A DNA stretch of 64,000 nt from Octopus bimaculoides (lineage: Eukaryota), in contig NC_068986.1 of assembly GCF_001194135.2 (NCBI RefSeq), positions 67,251,507 to 67,315,506 of the forward strand, read 5' to 3'. The notes under the pieces were generated by a model. That model had not been told where the DNA came from and searched no databases. It saw only the letters and a list, made by a program, of their open reading frames with translations. The translations under genes and the position numbers were made by a program. Below, piece by piece: positions 53,203 to 64,000 of this stretch (positions are counted from its first letter, which is position 1; each line of letters begins with the position of its first letter).

Positions 53203-53335
53203 AGCAAGTAAAAACTCAGCTAGTAAAATTTTAGCAAGTAACATTTCAGCAAGTGCTACAATTTAGCTAAGCACTAACATAGCAAGTGCGAACTAAGCAA
53301 GATTCCAATTTCGGCAAGTACCCATATCAGCAAGT
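53203..53335 (+). repeat. Nine-unit degenerate array with AGCAAGT core and 15-17 bp period
   Basis: Core starts at 53203, 53218, 53233, 53248, 53265, 53281, 53296, 53313 and 53329. Confidence 0.8.
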
Positions 53336-53944
53336 CTCGCACAAAAATGAAATAAATGATCAACAGAAATTGACCTCTTAAGCTTTGAATTATCAATTAT
53401 AATACCCTTAAAAACCGGCTAAAGTAACTGCTACAATTTGTAATCCAGTTATAAACAATTTTCCAAATATTTAATTTTGTTTAAATAATTTCATACTTTC
53501 CGAACCCAGTCGGAAAAATGGAAATCGAAATGAAAATTGTCAAAACACAGAGGAAAAGACAAAATCATCTAAAGAGGGCATGCATATAGGGCGGGAACAA
53601 AGACAAATGTACTGTTTGCTAGCGATGCTGCGATGAGAATTGTTCTAGGTCGATTTCAACGCCTCTGAACTACAGGGAAGAACATACATACATACATACA
53701 TACATACATACATACATACATACATACACACATACATACACACATACATACACATATACATACATATATGGATCATATGTGAACGCACACATAGACAGTA
53801 ATGAAAATACGTAGAGAATAATGAAACATACACGCTTGTGTTCTGTTGTGATAAGCACATGCGTGTATGTTTCATTAATCTCAACGAGTGCAAAATGATC
53901 TATACACTCACACACATCATACACAGGATCATTAACATGCCGTA

Positions 53945-54120
53945 CAAAGCCCTCAGAAGCTTTTCTTCCGGCTTTATTCGTTCTAAGCTGAAATTCTACC
54001 AAGGACAACATAAGCTTGAACCTTTTCGGAGTCGATAAAATAGGTACCAATCGAATATTGGTGGTTGATTTAATTGACTAATCTCCTTCCGCAAAATGTC
54101 AGGCCTTCTACTTATAGAAG
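53945..54120 (+). mobile_element. SINE family B, diverged
   Basis: cgttctaagctgaaattc...ccttttcggagtcgataaaataggtacca...gatttaattgactaatctcc. Confidence 0.7.
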
Positions 54121-54731
54121 AAAGAATCACACATATACATACATTAATTAATTCGGGTAACCACAAGTTCCAAAAACTGTCTTGACTTGTAACAAAAAAA
54201 AAAAAAAAAAAAAAAAAAAATAGGTTGCCAATTTGTTGCTGAGTGGCGTGAATTTTGCAAAGGAAAAGACTTAAAATAGTTATTAATTTTTTCACAAGGA
54301 AAAACATTGAATATGACTTCGAAGATTTGACTTAATTACTATCATAAAACTGTCAGCACGAAAGCCGATCTTACACATACATACATACATACATACATAC
54401 ATACATACATACATACATGCATGCATACATACATACATACATACATACACGCATACATACATATGCGAGAATCAATGCATTGTCACTCTCCGATATAATG
54501 ATCATATCTTTCCACCCTAAACCTTGAGTCCAATGCCAGATAAAGCTTGTACTACGTATCGCCTATACATATACCTATCTTACGATGCTTATGTGTGTGT
54601 GTGTGTGTTTGTGTGTGTATGGCTGTCTGTGCCTGAGTGTGAGATTGTCTGGGTGTCAACTTTTAAATGCCTCACAATGAACATTCTGCAGCTATAAGCT
54701 TATATATATATATATACATACATACATATAT

Positions 54732-54789
<58 letters not shown>

Positions 54790-54813
54790 GTAAACCTACC
54801 ACTATACTAGCAG

Positions 54814-54885
54814 TCCTCGGTAGTATAGTGATAAGTATCCTCGCCTGTCACGCAGGAGACCGGGGTTCAATTACCCGGTGGGGAA
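54814..54885 (+). tRNA. tRNA-Asp-GTC: tRNA-Asp(GTC)-like gene, probably a pseudogene
   Basis: TCCTCGG TA GTAT AGTGATAA GTAT C CTCGC CTGTCAC GCAGG AGAC CGGGG TTCAATT ACCCG GTGGGGA A; colinear with eukaryotic tRNA-Asp(GTC). D-loop GG changed to GA; mismatches in acceptor (G.G), anticodon (C.A) and T (G.A) stems. T5 run about 12 nt downstream. Confidence 0.85.
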
Positions 54886-54902
54886 GCGTTTATGCTATTT
54901 TT

Positions 54903-55269
54903 CGCGGGTTCAATCTCACTGCGTGGCACCTTGGGCACGTGTCTTCTACTATAGCCTCGGGCCGACCAAAGCTGTCTGAGATAATTTGAAGACGGATACT
55001 GAAAGAAGCCCGTCATATATATATATATACATATATATATATATGTATATAACATTGTGTGTGTGTCTTTGTGTCAATGTTTATTCCCATGATCACTTGA
55101 CAACCGGTGTTGGTGTGTTTACGTCCCCGTAACGTAGCGGTTCGGCAAAAAACACCGGTAGAATAATTACTAGGTTATAGAAATAAGTTCCGATGTCAAT
55201 TTGTTCGACTAAATCCTTTCAAGGCGGTGCGGCAGCATGACCACAGCCAAATGACTGAAACAAGTAAAA

Positions 55270-55272
<3 letters not shown>
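54903..55272 (+). mobile_element. SINE family A lacking most of its own head
   Basis: cgggttcaatctcactgcgtggcaccttgggcacgtgtcttctactatagcctcgggccgacc...cagcatgaccacagccaaatgactgaaacaagtaaa. Confidence 0.88.
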
Positions 55273-55336
<64 letters not shown>

Positions 55337-56123
55337 TGTGTGTGTATGTATAAATATATATATATATAAACGTTTGTCTATGTGTTTGTGTCTGTGTAAA
55401 TACATGAAAAATTTCTCTAATCAATATATACTTATACAAAGTATTCGATATTTGAACTTTGTCATGTAAACACGTGTAAAACTCGAGTAATCGATAGAAT
55501 ACTGGTCATGCAGTAAAGTACCACCACAGATGTTTAACATTGATAACTAATATTGATGTGAAAAGTTAATAAGTAACGTTGAATAACAGTGTTAGGTTAC
55601 AGCAGAACTGGGTGAAATCTGAATTTATATATGAGTCACACAATAGCAAAATAGTGTAATGAAGTTACGAGTCGTACTGGATTGTCACTGTTTTGTATAT
55701 TTCAACATTTCGTGCATCATCGACAAAGCAAAACCAGTATTTGAAAGCCACGATGATGATAGAATTTTAATTCGGGATTGCAAAGTAGTTATTTTTTCCG
55801 TACTCATCTCCCCCCCTTTCTCTCTCACTCTCTCTCTTACTCTCTCTCTCTTTCTTTCACCCCTTATAGAAGTTATTACACACGCCTGGCGGTAAATGTT
55901 CATTAATAAAAAATATATTAAGTTTTGGAAACTTATTCCTGTTAGGAGAGAAGCATTTAAAAAAGCAAATTCTAGGTCGTACTAAAAAAGAAACCTGTAT
56001 TCGAGACGATGGGAAAATACGAAGGGAGACGTGTAGAGATGAATGTCGACAAAATACGAATGACCAAATGAGCTCCCTCTGCGTTCACACATGCACACTC
56101 ATAAGCACGTACTCGCGCCCGCA

Positions 56124-56172
<49 letters not shown>

Positions 56173-59100
56173 CACACAGTCTTTCTCTTTCTTTCTTCCT
56201 TTGTTTCCCTTTCTCTCTCTCTCTCTTTCTATCTTTTCTTCTCTTTTTCTCTCTCATACACACATTCACGCAAATATATAGGGACAGATTACTTCATTAG
56301 GTATCCGAAATCATTGTCGTGTAGCGTGTATAAGTCATGTCATTCTGGCCTAAACAACTGCCCTTCCAAACTGGTTTTATATATGCGAGTTGATTTCACT
56401 TTTACAAGCTGTTGAGCTATTTTTATTTTGCTTCCCCAGCCAAGCATATTATCCCGAAACAAATTATTTGCGCATACCAGCTAACTGTACATAATTAAAT
56501 ATCGGAGGACTGACGTCTAAAGAGCTAATTGCAACAAATGAAAACAACTCTGGTGAAAAAGAATACATATGAATCATCCTTCGGCTTGTAGTCAGATAAT
56601 CATCCGTATGTTGTCCAGTAACCATCGGATAGTTGAGAATGTATTAATTATTACAACTGAGTAGGAACTAAATTATCAACATCATACAGCGACAACACAA
56701 CAATTAATTAAGGAACTCATAACTCTAGATACAGATCGCTTATTATCTCAACTATGTAAAGTTAATTTATTTAATAAATTTGATTAAATAGACTTTACTT
56801 TTTTATTATCTTACAAGTTTAATATTTCTGAATATGGCCTTGACCTCAGTGGTCCAAAAGTGGAATCACTATTGTTTTTGAACCGCCATTCGATATCTTG
56901 AACAGGAAGTACCTTTGCTTTGCTATACAAATATCAAGCTGCAAGTATGGTATTAAGTTTCCAAATACTTTATTTACTTCTCTTTTTTAAATTACGATTG
57001 TAATCTTCTTAAGCTGATATTTTTCTTGAGGCATAGATTAAGCATAATGATGAAATTGGTTTCACATGCTTTCATTTAGTTTTAAAATTTACGCTATATG
57101 TCAATAAAAAATTCAAGTGTCTGAAAATGTAGGAGTTGAAGCAAATATAGCATTATGTGTAGAATTATAAATTTTATGGTTCGATTTTTCTTAGTTTTTC
57201 TCTAAATTTTATTTCACATTTTCACACTTGCATAAATATTGATTTTTTCTATTGACTACAAATCCTGTAGAAAAAGAATTGTCTATAATATCAATCCCTG
57301 AATAAGACTAATTTTATTGACAGAGTATAAAGATGAGTCGAAATAGATTTGGAAGAACACATACAAATATTCCATTGTAGTATCGTTTTGAAATGTCTAT
57401 TTTGTTAAGGTAATTGGAATATAAAGTATATAGGCGATTTATTTCAATTTATAAAATTCTAATGTTCAAGTTTACAAACTATGATGGGCACTGTAGAACA
57501 TGAGTCAAGCTTCAGGTGAACAAAGGTCCTCATTGGGTTTGCACTCCTGTTTGAACCAGTTTCATTTCACTTATGAAGGGGCCTCACATTTCGTCACATG
57601 AAACTATTTTCGAAGCAGCACATTTGAAATATTTGTAGACACACGTGGGTTCTTTTACTAAAATAAGGTGCACTGAATATGGGCATTTACCAATAACTGA
57701 TGCCATATTCCCACTTACAATTATTATCATTTCACAGGTATTTATTGTATTTTTATTTACACAACAGAAAAATAAATTGCAGTTTTTTTAAACAACTGCA
57801 CCATAACTTAGATAAGTGGCACAGGAAAATTTCTGAAAGGAATCTGCTATATGAAAGACATATAGATAAATGAAGGCTAGTGAACTTAAAGTGGTATACT
57901 GAAAATAATTCTTAATTATTTTATATTCCAATCCTAATTAGAAGAGATTGCCTTAGCATTAATGAAAGAGGTATCAAAAGGGCAATAGAGAAAAAAACAT
58001 TGAAAGTTTAACTAAGTTTGACTACGCTGCAGGACGTACATCTAATCTTACGTAGCTATGGTGACAACTCCTGTTGTATTTCGGTGTTATTAGACCTCCT
58101 TAGCGAGGCATATTCAACATGCAATTATCTGAACACAGAATGACTCGAAATGTAGATGTGTTTAGTGTAAACAATTCACCGATAACGCAATTTCAAACAA
58201 TGACATCAGAAAAAACCCCAAGGGTCCATTCTTCGTACGGACGGAATCTTAAGCAAAATTACTGTCATCATTCCAATTTTCCAAGAAAGTTAACTATTTT
58301 TCATATCCTAGATTTTATACACTGCAAGTTATTCTATAGTCTTCACGGTTATCCATTCACTATGTTTTGTTGTGATTATTTATAAGGCTGAAATACGCGT
58401 GGAGTTGCCCCCATACGTGCTAATCATCAAAATCATATTCGTGTGTATATTTCCATTTAATTTTTGGTCAATTAAAATATTTTTCATGCTGTCCCGTTTG
58501 AAAATAATTTTCATTAACATTAACGAATTTATGTTTAATTCTAAAAAGTTAAACACAATTTTCAGCTTACTACATCATGTAGTGTTGATATAGTTAGGTG
58601 CAGTTCAATTATATATCTGTTGTGCATTATCATATATGTATCTTCTTTCAACTATAGAAACCAAGAACAAAACATAACCTAGAAGGAAATAAAAAGAGTG
58701 CGAATCATATTAAACTAACAAGCTTTAACTCCAAATTAAAAGGTTGATTAAGGCTGTACTCCTACAACTGATATACGAGCGCACGCGCACGCACACACAC
58801 ACGTACACACACCCATACGCACAAAGAAACATACATAAAAACTTAAAAAACGCTTACATGTATATAAGTATGAATGTGTGTATAAGTGTGTGTGAGTGAG
58901 TGAGTGAGTGAGTGAGTGAGTGAGTGGGTGAGTGTGTATGTATGTGTGTGTGTCTATTGCAAGTTGCCGAAATTAGCATTATCTCTAGTTGACAGCAAGT
59001 AAAAGACGGATAGAGCAATGAAAACTGTATATAAAATATTTCCCATATGCACATCAAAATCGCACGTGCGCACACACACACTTACACACACATACACTCA

Positions 59101-59495
59101 CACATACACATATATTCACAGACATACGCACAAACACATACACAAAAAAAATCTCTCTCGCTAGCACACAGGCATACACCTGTATATTTACATACGTATG
59201 TAATTCATTTAACTATAGACAACCCGCATTTTAAATACATATCTGATATAAAATTAAGTCAGAGATCTCAATAGATTTATCAAAAAGTAAATACTTGTTT
59301 TTCGCAGAAAATATGCGTAAAATATTCCCAATAACCTCACTATCTGCTGTTAGACTGTCGATATATTTCACGTCTAAGATTCGCGATAGCCAAAAAGCAA
59401 ATTACACCAGAAAAATCTATATTCTCAAAATTAATTATTCGAGATCTCTAACTATCATATATTTATAGAAATAAATAAATAAATGAATATATATG

Positions 59496-59526
<31 letters not shown>

Positions 59527-59554
59527 GTATATACATATTCCCTGTTATCTTCTT

Positions 59555-59862
59555 TCCTTCAGTCAGTAGACTGCTGCCATACTGAGGCTCCGCCTTGAAT
59601 TTTCTTTTTAGTCGAGACAGACCACTGAGTTATGGGGACGTAATCATACTAACACCAGTTATCAAGCGGTAATGAGAGACAAACACAAACACAAAGAGAC
59701 ACATATACAACGGACATTTTTCAGTTTCCGTCTACCATATCTACTCACAATGCTTTGGTCGGCCCCTGGCTATAGTAGAAGACACTCACACAAGGTGCCA
59801 CGCAGTAGCACTGAATCCGGAGCCATGTGATTAAGAAGCAAACTTCTTACCACACAGCAACG
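59555..59862 (-). mobile_element. SINE family A, near full length
   Basis: ttcagtcagtagactgctgccatac...ttcagtttccgtctacc...ctatagtagaagacactcacacaaggtgccacgcagt...cttaccacacagc. Confidence 0.85.
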
Positions 59863-59881
59863 CCTGTGTATATATATATGC

Positions 59882-59938
<57 letters not shown>

Positions 59939-60049
59939 CATTCATACATACCTACATACATGCATACATACATACATACATACATACATACATACATACA
60001 TACATGCATGTGTTTGTGCGGGTATACGCGAGTGTTTATTAGTAAATGG

Positions 60050-60178
60050 CCTCCAGAGTGTGGCTAGTCAACTACATCGTTCCCACTGCTCAACTGGTAC
60101 CTACTTATTTGATGGGAGTCTGCAAAGGATGAAAAGTAACGGCAGTCTCAGCCACATCTAAACTTGCAATGTTAAGTC
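60050..60178 (-). mobile_element. SINE family B fragment
   Basis: ggctagtcaactacatcg...ctgctcaactggtacctacttattt...aaggatgaaaagtaac. Confidence 0.65.
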
Positions 60179-63100
60179 GGTGTGCTAATAATTTTGTCTC
60201 CTCCCTGACTCTAGTCGATATATAATGATGGGACTCGGATGTTCAATGGCCGTGCAGAGCGCATCGTCCGTTCAGATTATCAAAACACTAGGTGGTTGAA
60301 TATGTTAGGCGCCATTTATAGTTTATGCGTGAATGTGTACGTGTGAATGCATATGCACACAGATACAAACAAGCGCGTATCAAACAGACACCATATACAA
60401 TTTCGCAAACACGCGTAATTAATTATAGCGCACTCATACCAGCAAATTCAGACTAACTTAAACTAACGTACACAAATAGATGTTATTGAGCTATACTAAC
60501 AACACACACACACACTCACACACATACATACATACAAACACACAAATGCGCACACATACACACACTCATGCAGACGTTCACGCGCGCATGCGTTCAAATA
60601 CACATACGCATATACACACTGGCACAGTTGCACAAGACATGCTTATTCATATAAAGTCATGCATCGACGTATCAGTGTAAAACTCTACTCGCATACATAT
60701 TCTGTCGCACGCACACTAATAAACCCAACATAACCCAAAATAACAGACATGGGTTAAGGTTATGAAGTGACACTACTCACACAAACAAAATTTATATAGG
60801 CGCGTGCGCATACACACATGCATATGCGTGCGCACCAAAACCATCACAGAACACAAACCTTCTTATATTCATTCGCCTCTACAATGAGCAGACATGTACG
60901 CATACAGGCTAACAATAACAAATATAATACACACACACACGTACACACATGCACACATATACACACAAACAAACACAAACGCACAGACGCACACAGACAC
61001 TCATAAACCAACATGCACATGCAATCAAACGAAAGATAAACATTCTTGAAACAAATAGCCTGACGTTAGTACAAACACTTTTTAACAACTACCCTATAAT
61101 AAACACAGTGACACAGCCATACACATACACTTCAAATGCATACACATAAGGACCCTCATGACATCCCATGCTAGTGTCCTATGACCTTGTGATTCTAATA
61201 TGGTACCTTCTTTAACAGCTTCTCTTTACCTCCCTTTTATGTATGTATTTATTGGTGGATTGTTGTTAACTTCTACATGTATGCACGCACTCGCAAAGGT
61301 ACATTCATCAAAATGTTGAAACCGAACAACAACCATTGGCCAAAACTACCAAAATAAACTTAAGTCACACATTCGTATATACACAAACATACACACGATC
61401 TGTAATGTTATTCCCTCATATCTAACTACTCAGTGTATTGGGAACTTGCACCCATGCGCTTTACACTTCTACTCTAGTAGGGTTCAATCCAGTTATTATC
61501 TATCCACTGAACTGGTCGAATAGATGAGCTCTCCGAAGGGCATTTTGGTATTAATAAATACATCCATTGGATATTGCATTTGAACTATGGCTTTCCTAGC
61601 TTCATAGTAGATAATCTATCTATCTATATATCTATCGATCGATCGATCGATTCGTCCATCCATTCATCCATGCGTGTGCATATATGTGTGTGTATGTGTG
61701 TGTGTGTGTGTATGTGTGTATGTGTGTGTGTGTGTGTGTGTGTATTGATATGTACGACATCTATTTTTACAAAATTTAGAAAGTTTTTTTAACATTTAGA
61801 CTTATAAATTTAGAAAAATAAACTATTTCCACTGCAATGAAGATCTTATTTCATAAATACAATACATGTTTCATATTGAGTTCTGTGGTGGCAAAGTAAT
61901 TGTAAAGAGAAATATATCTTAGTGTCGCAGAATGTCGAAATACATAAATAAACTTGCATCCATACATGATAACAGCCTATGTATATAGTTGGTGCAATGT
62001 GAATCGAGAAAACTCTCAAACGGATGAAAGAGTATTAATCTACATATGTACAGACTTATAGACGTGCGTGCGCAAACGCACATGCACGCACATACGCACA
62101 CACATACAAATACACACACACACGCATACACATACACAAGCATACACACAAACAAGTACATATGCAGAAAGAAAGAGAGAGGGTGCACAGAGAGAAAAGA
62201 TACGAGGTAAAAGAGAACACGAACTGTGAACTAAAGTATTCTCCATTGGGTTTGGTGAATATCATAGCCAAAGTGTAATTTATTTCTCTATAGGGCGTAA
62301 TTATCTAAAGTTTGTCCCACTTCATAAATCAAAGTCAAACATTCCTGCAGAGAAAGCTAATATTTTCCACTTTAAGTACTTGTATGTGTGGATAAATCAA
62401 GGTGTTTGTGTACATAACTGTGTTTGTTACATGTGCCCTGTTGTTCATACGTATATTTGTATTTGCTGATTTTACACAGAAATGACTGTATTCCAAACTG
62501 CTGTGATGAAAATTTCTCTTCGGGATCCCAAAGCCATGATTTTGTGTACTTTAACATGAGATACAGAAACACGTTTTCTATTCTGAGAGTAACAAATTCA
62601 GAATTACTTCAAATTCCTTGTTAAATGTAAATGCCACGCTAACAAACGTCATACCTAGCAGAGATGTACATATTTGCACATCTCTCCTTTCGTTTTCGCA
62701 AATTTTAGACATTAACTTCTGTTTGTCTATGCTGTGAAATTATGTGTACAATCATTCACTGGTTGGTCAAATTAACTTCTTATATCCATAAATTCTATTA
62801 TCAAGTTATTCGCGTGATCTTCCTCGGTTTATTATCGCACATTACCTAACTATTTGAACGAAGAAAATATATATCTAAGCGGACAGAAAATTCCCTGTTC
62901 ATCAGTTTATAAACGGGTCTTTAGTAGGATGGCCTCCCTCACTGATTAAATATCGTCCCTTGAGATTTATACAATCTATAGAGAAAGATTTCATTCTTGA
63001 AGATAAACAATAATCATAGCACCATAAACATTTCTTTGAATAAAAGGAAAATGAACTTTTATCCAGCATAATTTATATTCTCGCTAGGGTTAATAATCTT

Positions 63101-63984
63101 ATTCAATTGATAAAAAATAAACATTACTGTAAAGAAATAATAGTAAATATAACAATACAGAAAAGTATATTCTTTACAATAAAGAAAATTGTATAATGAA
63201 TACTGAATAACATAGCGGAGAATTATTTAGTAAATTCCTTTGGAATGTGAGCCTACTGAAGCAATCACAAAGAATTCATTAGAAAGATTCACTGACGTAG
63301 ATGCACAGGAGCGTAAGCATTTGTAACGTAAACTAAGGGAATACTTGACAATTATATAGTTACACCTCTAGTCACAGTCTTTAAGACTGAAGTGTAAGTG
63401 TTTCTTCGTCTTAGAAGCTGAAATGATTTTGAAACGTTACACATCTGGAAGTAACTACTATAAACTATGATGGCTGATTTGATACATTTGCTCATTGCGT
63501 AAGTGTTCTTCATATATATATATAGGCAAATCCGTGAAAAAAACAGGAACAGGAAAGCAACAAAAGTAAATTACACGTACGCAGTGAATATATTAGTTTA
63601 ATGCTCAGTGATAGTTATAGACGTAAGAATAGGATCAGGAATAACATTTTGAGCGTGTCTCTTCGTCGGATAGACGAAAAAGTCCAGGGAAGATGACAAA
63701 GGGGAATTTGTCCCTGGCAGCCACCGAATTATTAACCGCTACAAATTGTAATTCAAGTTTTACAAAGCACTATAAACGTTTTTGCTTGGACATTTTTGAA
63801 GTTGTATATATTTTTCTGTACATTTTAATGTTGAAATGAATAATAGGCAACTTGTGATATTTTTTCTTTCATTAATTATTCTATAATCTATAAACTTTAG
63901 TCATCATTATTGAGTTCACGAATAGGAAAGAATTATCCTGTTCATGAGGCATAATATAATTGTTTCCCATATATACTGAAGTCC

Positions 63985-64000
63985 AAGGCGGCGAGCTGGT
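63985..64000 (+). mobile_element. Start of a SINE family B head (cut by window end)
   Basis: aaggcggcgagctggt matches the heads at 32342, 41218 and 44190. Confidence 0.5.

Noticed and set aside
53203-53335. CRISPR-like appearance of the repeat-spacer array
   Set aside because: A 7-bp core with 8-10 bp spacers is far too short, the context is eukaryotic, and there are no cas genes; kept only as an unexplained array.
57600-57640. agcagcacatttgaaat resembling miR-29/miR-15 family sequence
   Set aside because: Only a short weak hairpin with an 8-nt loop; not a pre-miRNA fold and not an exact mature match.
62480-62588. Possible exon (tttacacag| ... GA|gtaaca) or C/D-box snoRNA (GTGATGA 62503, CTGA 62583)
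   Set aside because: Weak donor site and no recognisable peptide; no terminal stem or identifiable rRNA-antisense element for a snoRNA.

Overview
Eukaryotic, AT-rich, microsatellite-saturated draft-assembly sequence with 14 N-gaps (940-1009, 2474-2575, 6607-7127, 14130-14506, 17982-18510, 23124-23920, 25280-25661, 27115-27448, 31329-31453, 32669-32782, 37437-37913, 39598-39786, 48206-48740, 50848-50914), almost all bordered by simple repeats. The two recurrent SINE families and the overall repeat style resemble an Octopus genome (inference from recalled repeat consensuses, not a database search). I can support no host protein-coding gene; the window reads as intronic or intergenic. All recognisable coding sequence is decayed transposon: two different Penelope-like elements (3.2-6.2 kb; 20.2-23.1 kb), two R4/Dong-type non-LTR retrotransposons with RT and restriction-like endonuclease (9.8-12.6 kb minus; 50.1-53.2 kb plus), three RTE-type LINE 3' ends, full-length TIR-bounded Tc1 (DD34E) and maT-like (DD37D) transposons, mariner/Tc1/Tigger fragments, Tigger- and hAT-type MITEs, about 20 SINE copies and one degenerate tRNA-Asp(GTC). 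Most notable: a Penelope-like element whose ~435-bp inverted pseudo-LTRs each carry a minimal hammerhead-ribozyme-like motif with a non-canonical core; a tRNA-Asp joined to a headless SINE; two RTE 3' ends stacked in one (CATA)n tract; a 9-unit AGCAAGT array with variable spacers; a duplicated, block-conserved ~95-bp stem-loop motif at 7.8/8.1 kb; and several small inversions or fusions inside repeats. Boundaries were read by eye and are approximate unless TIRs or TSDs are quoted.
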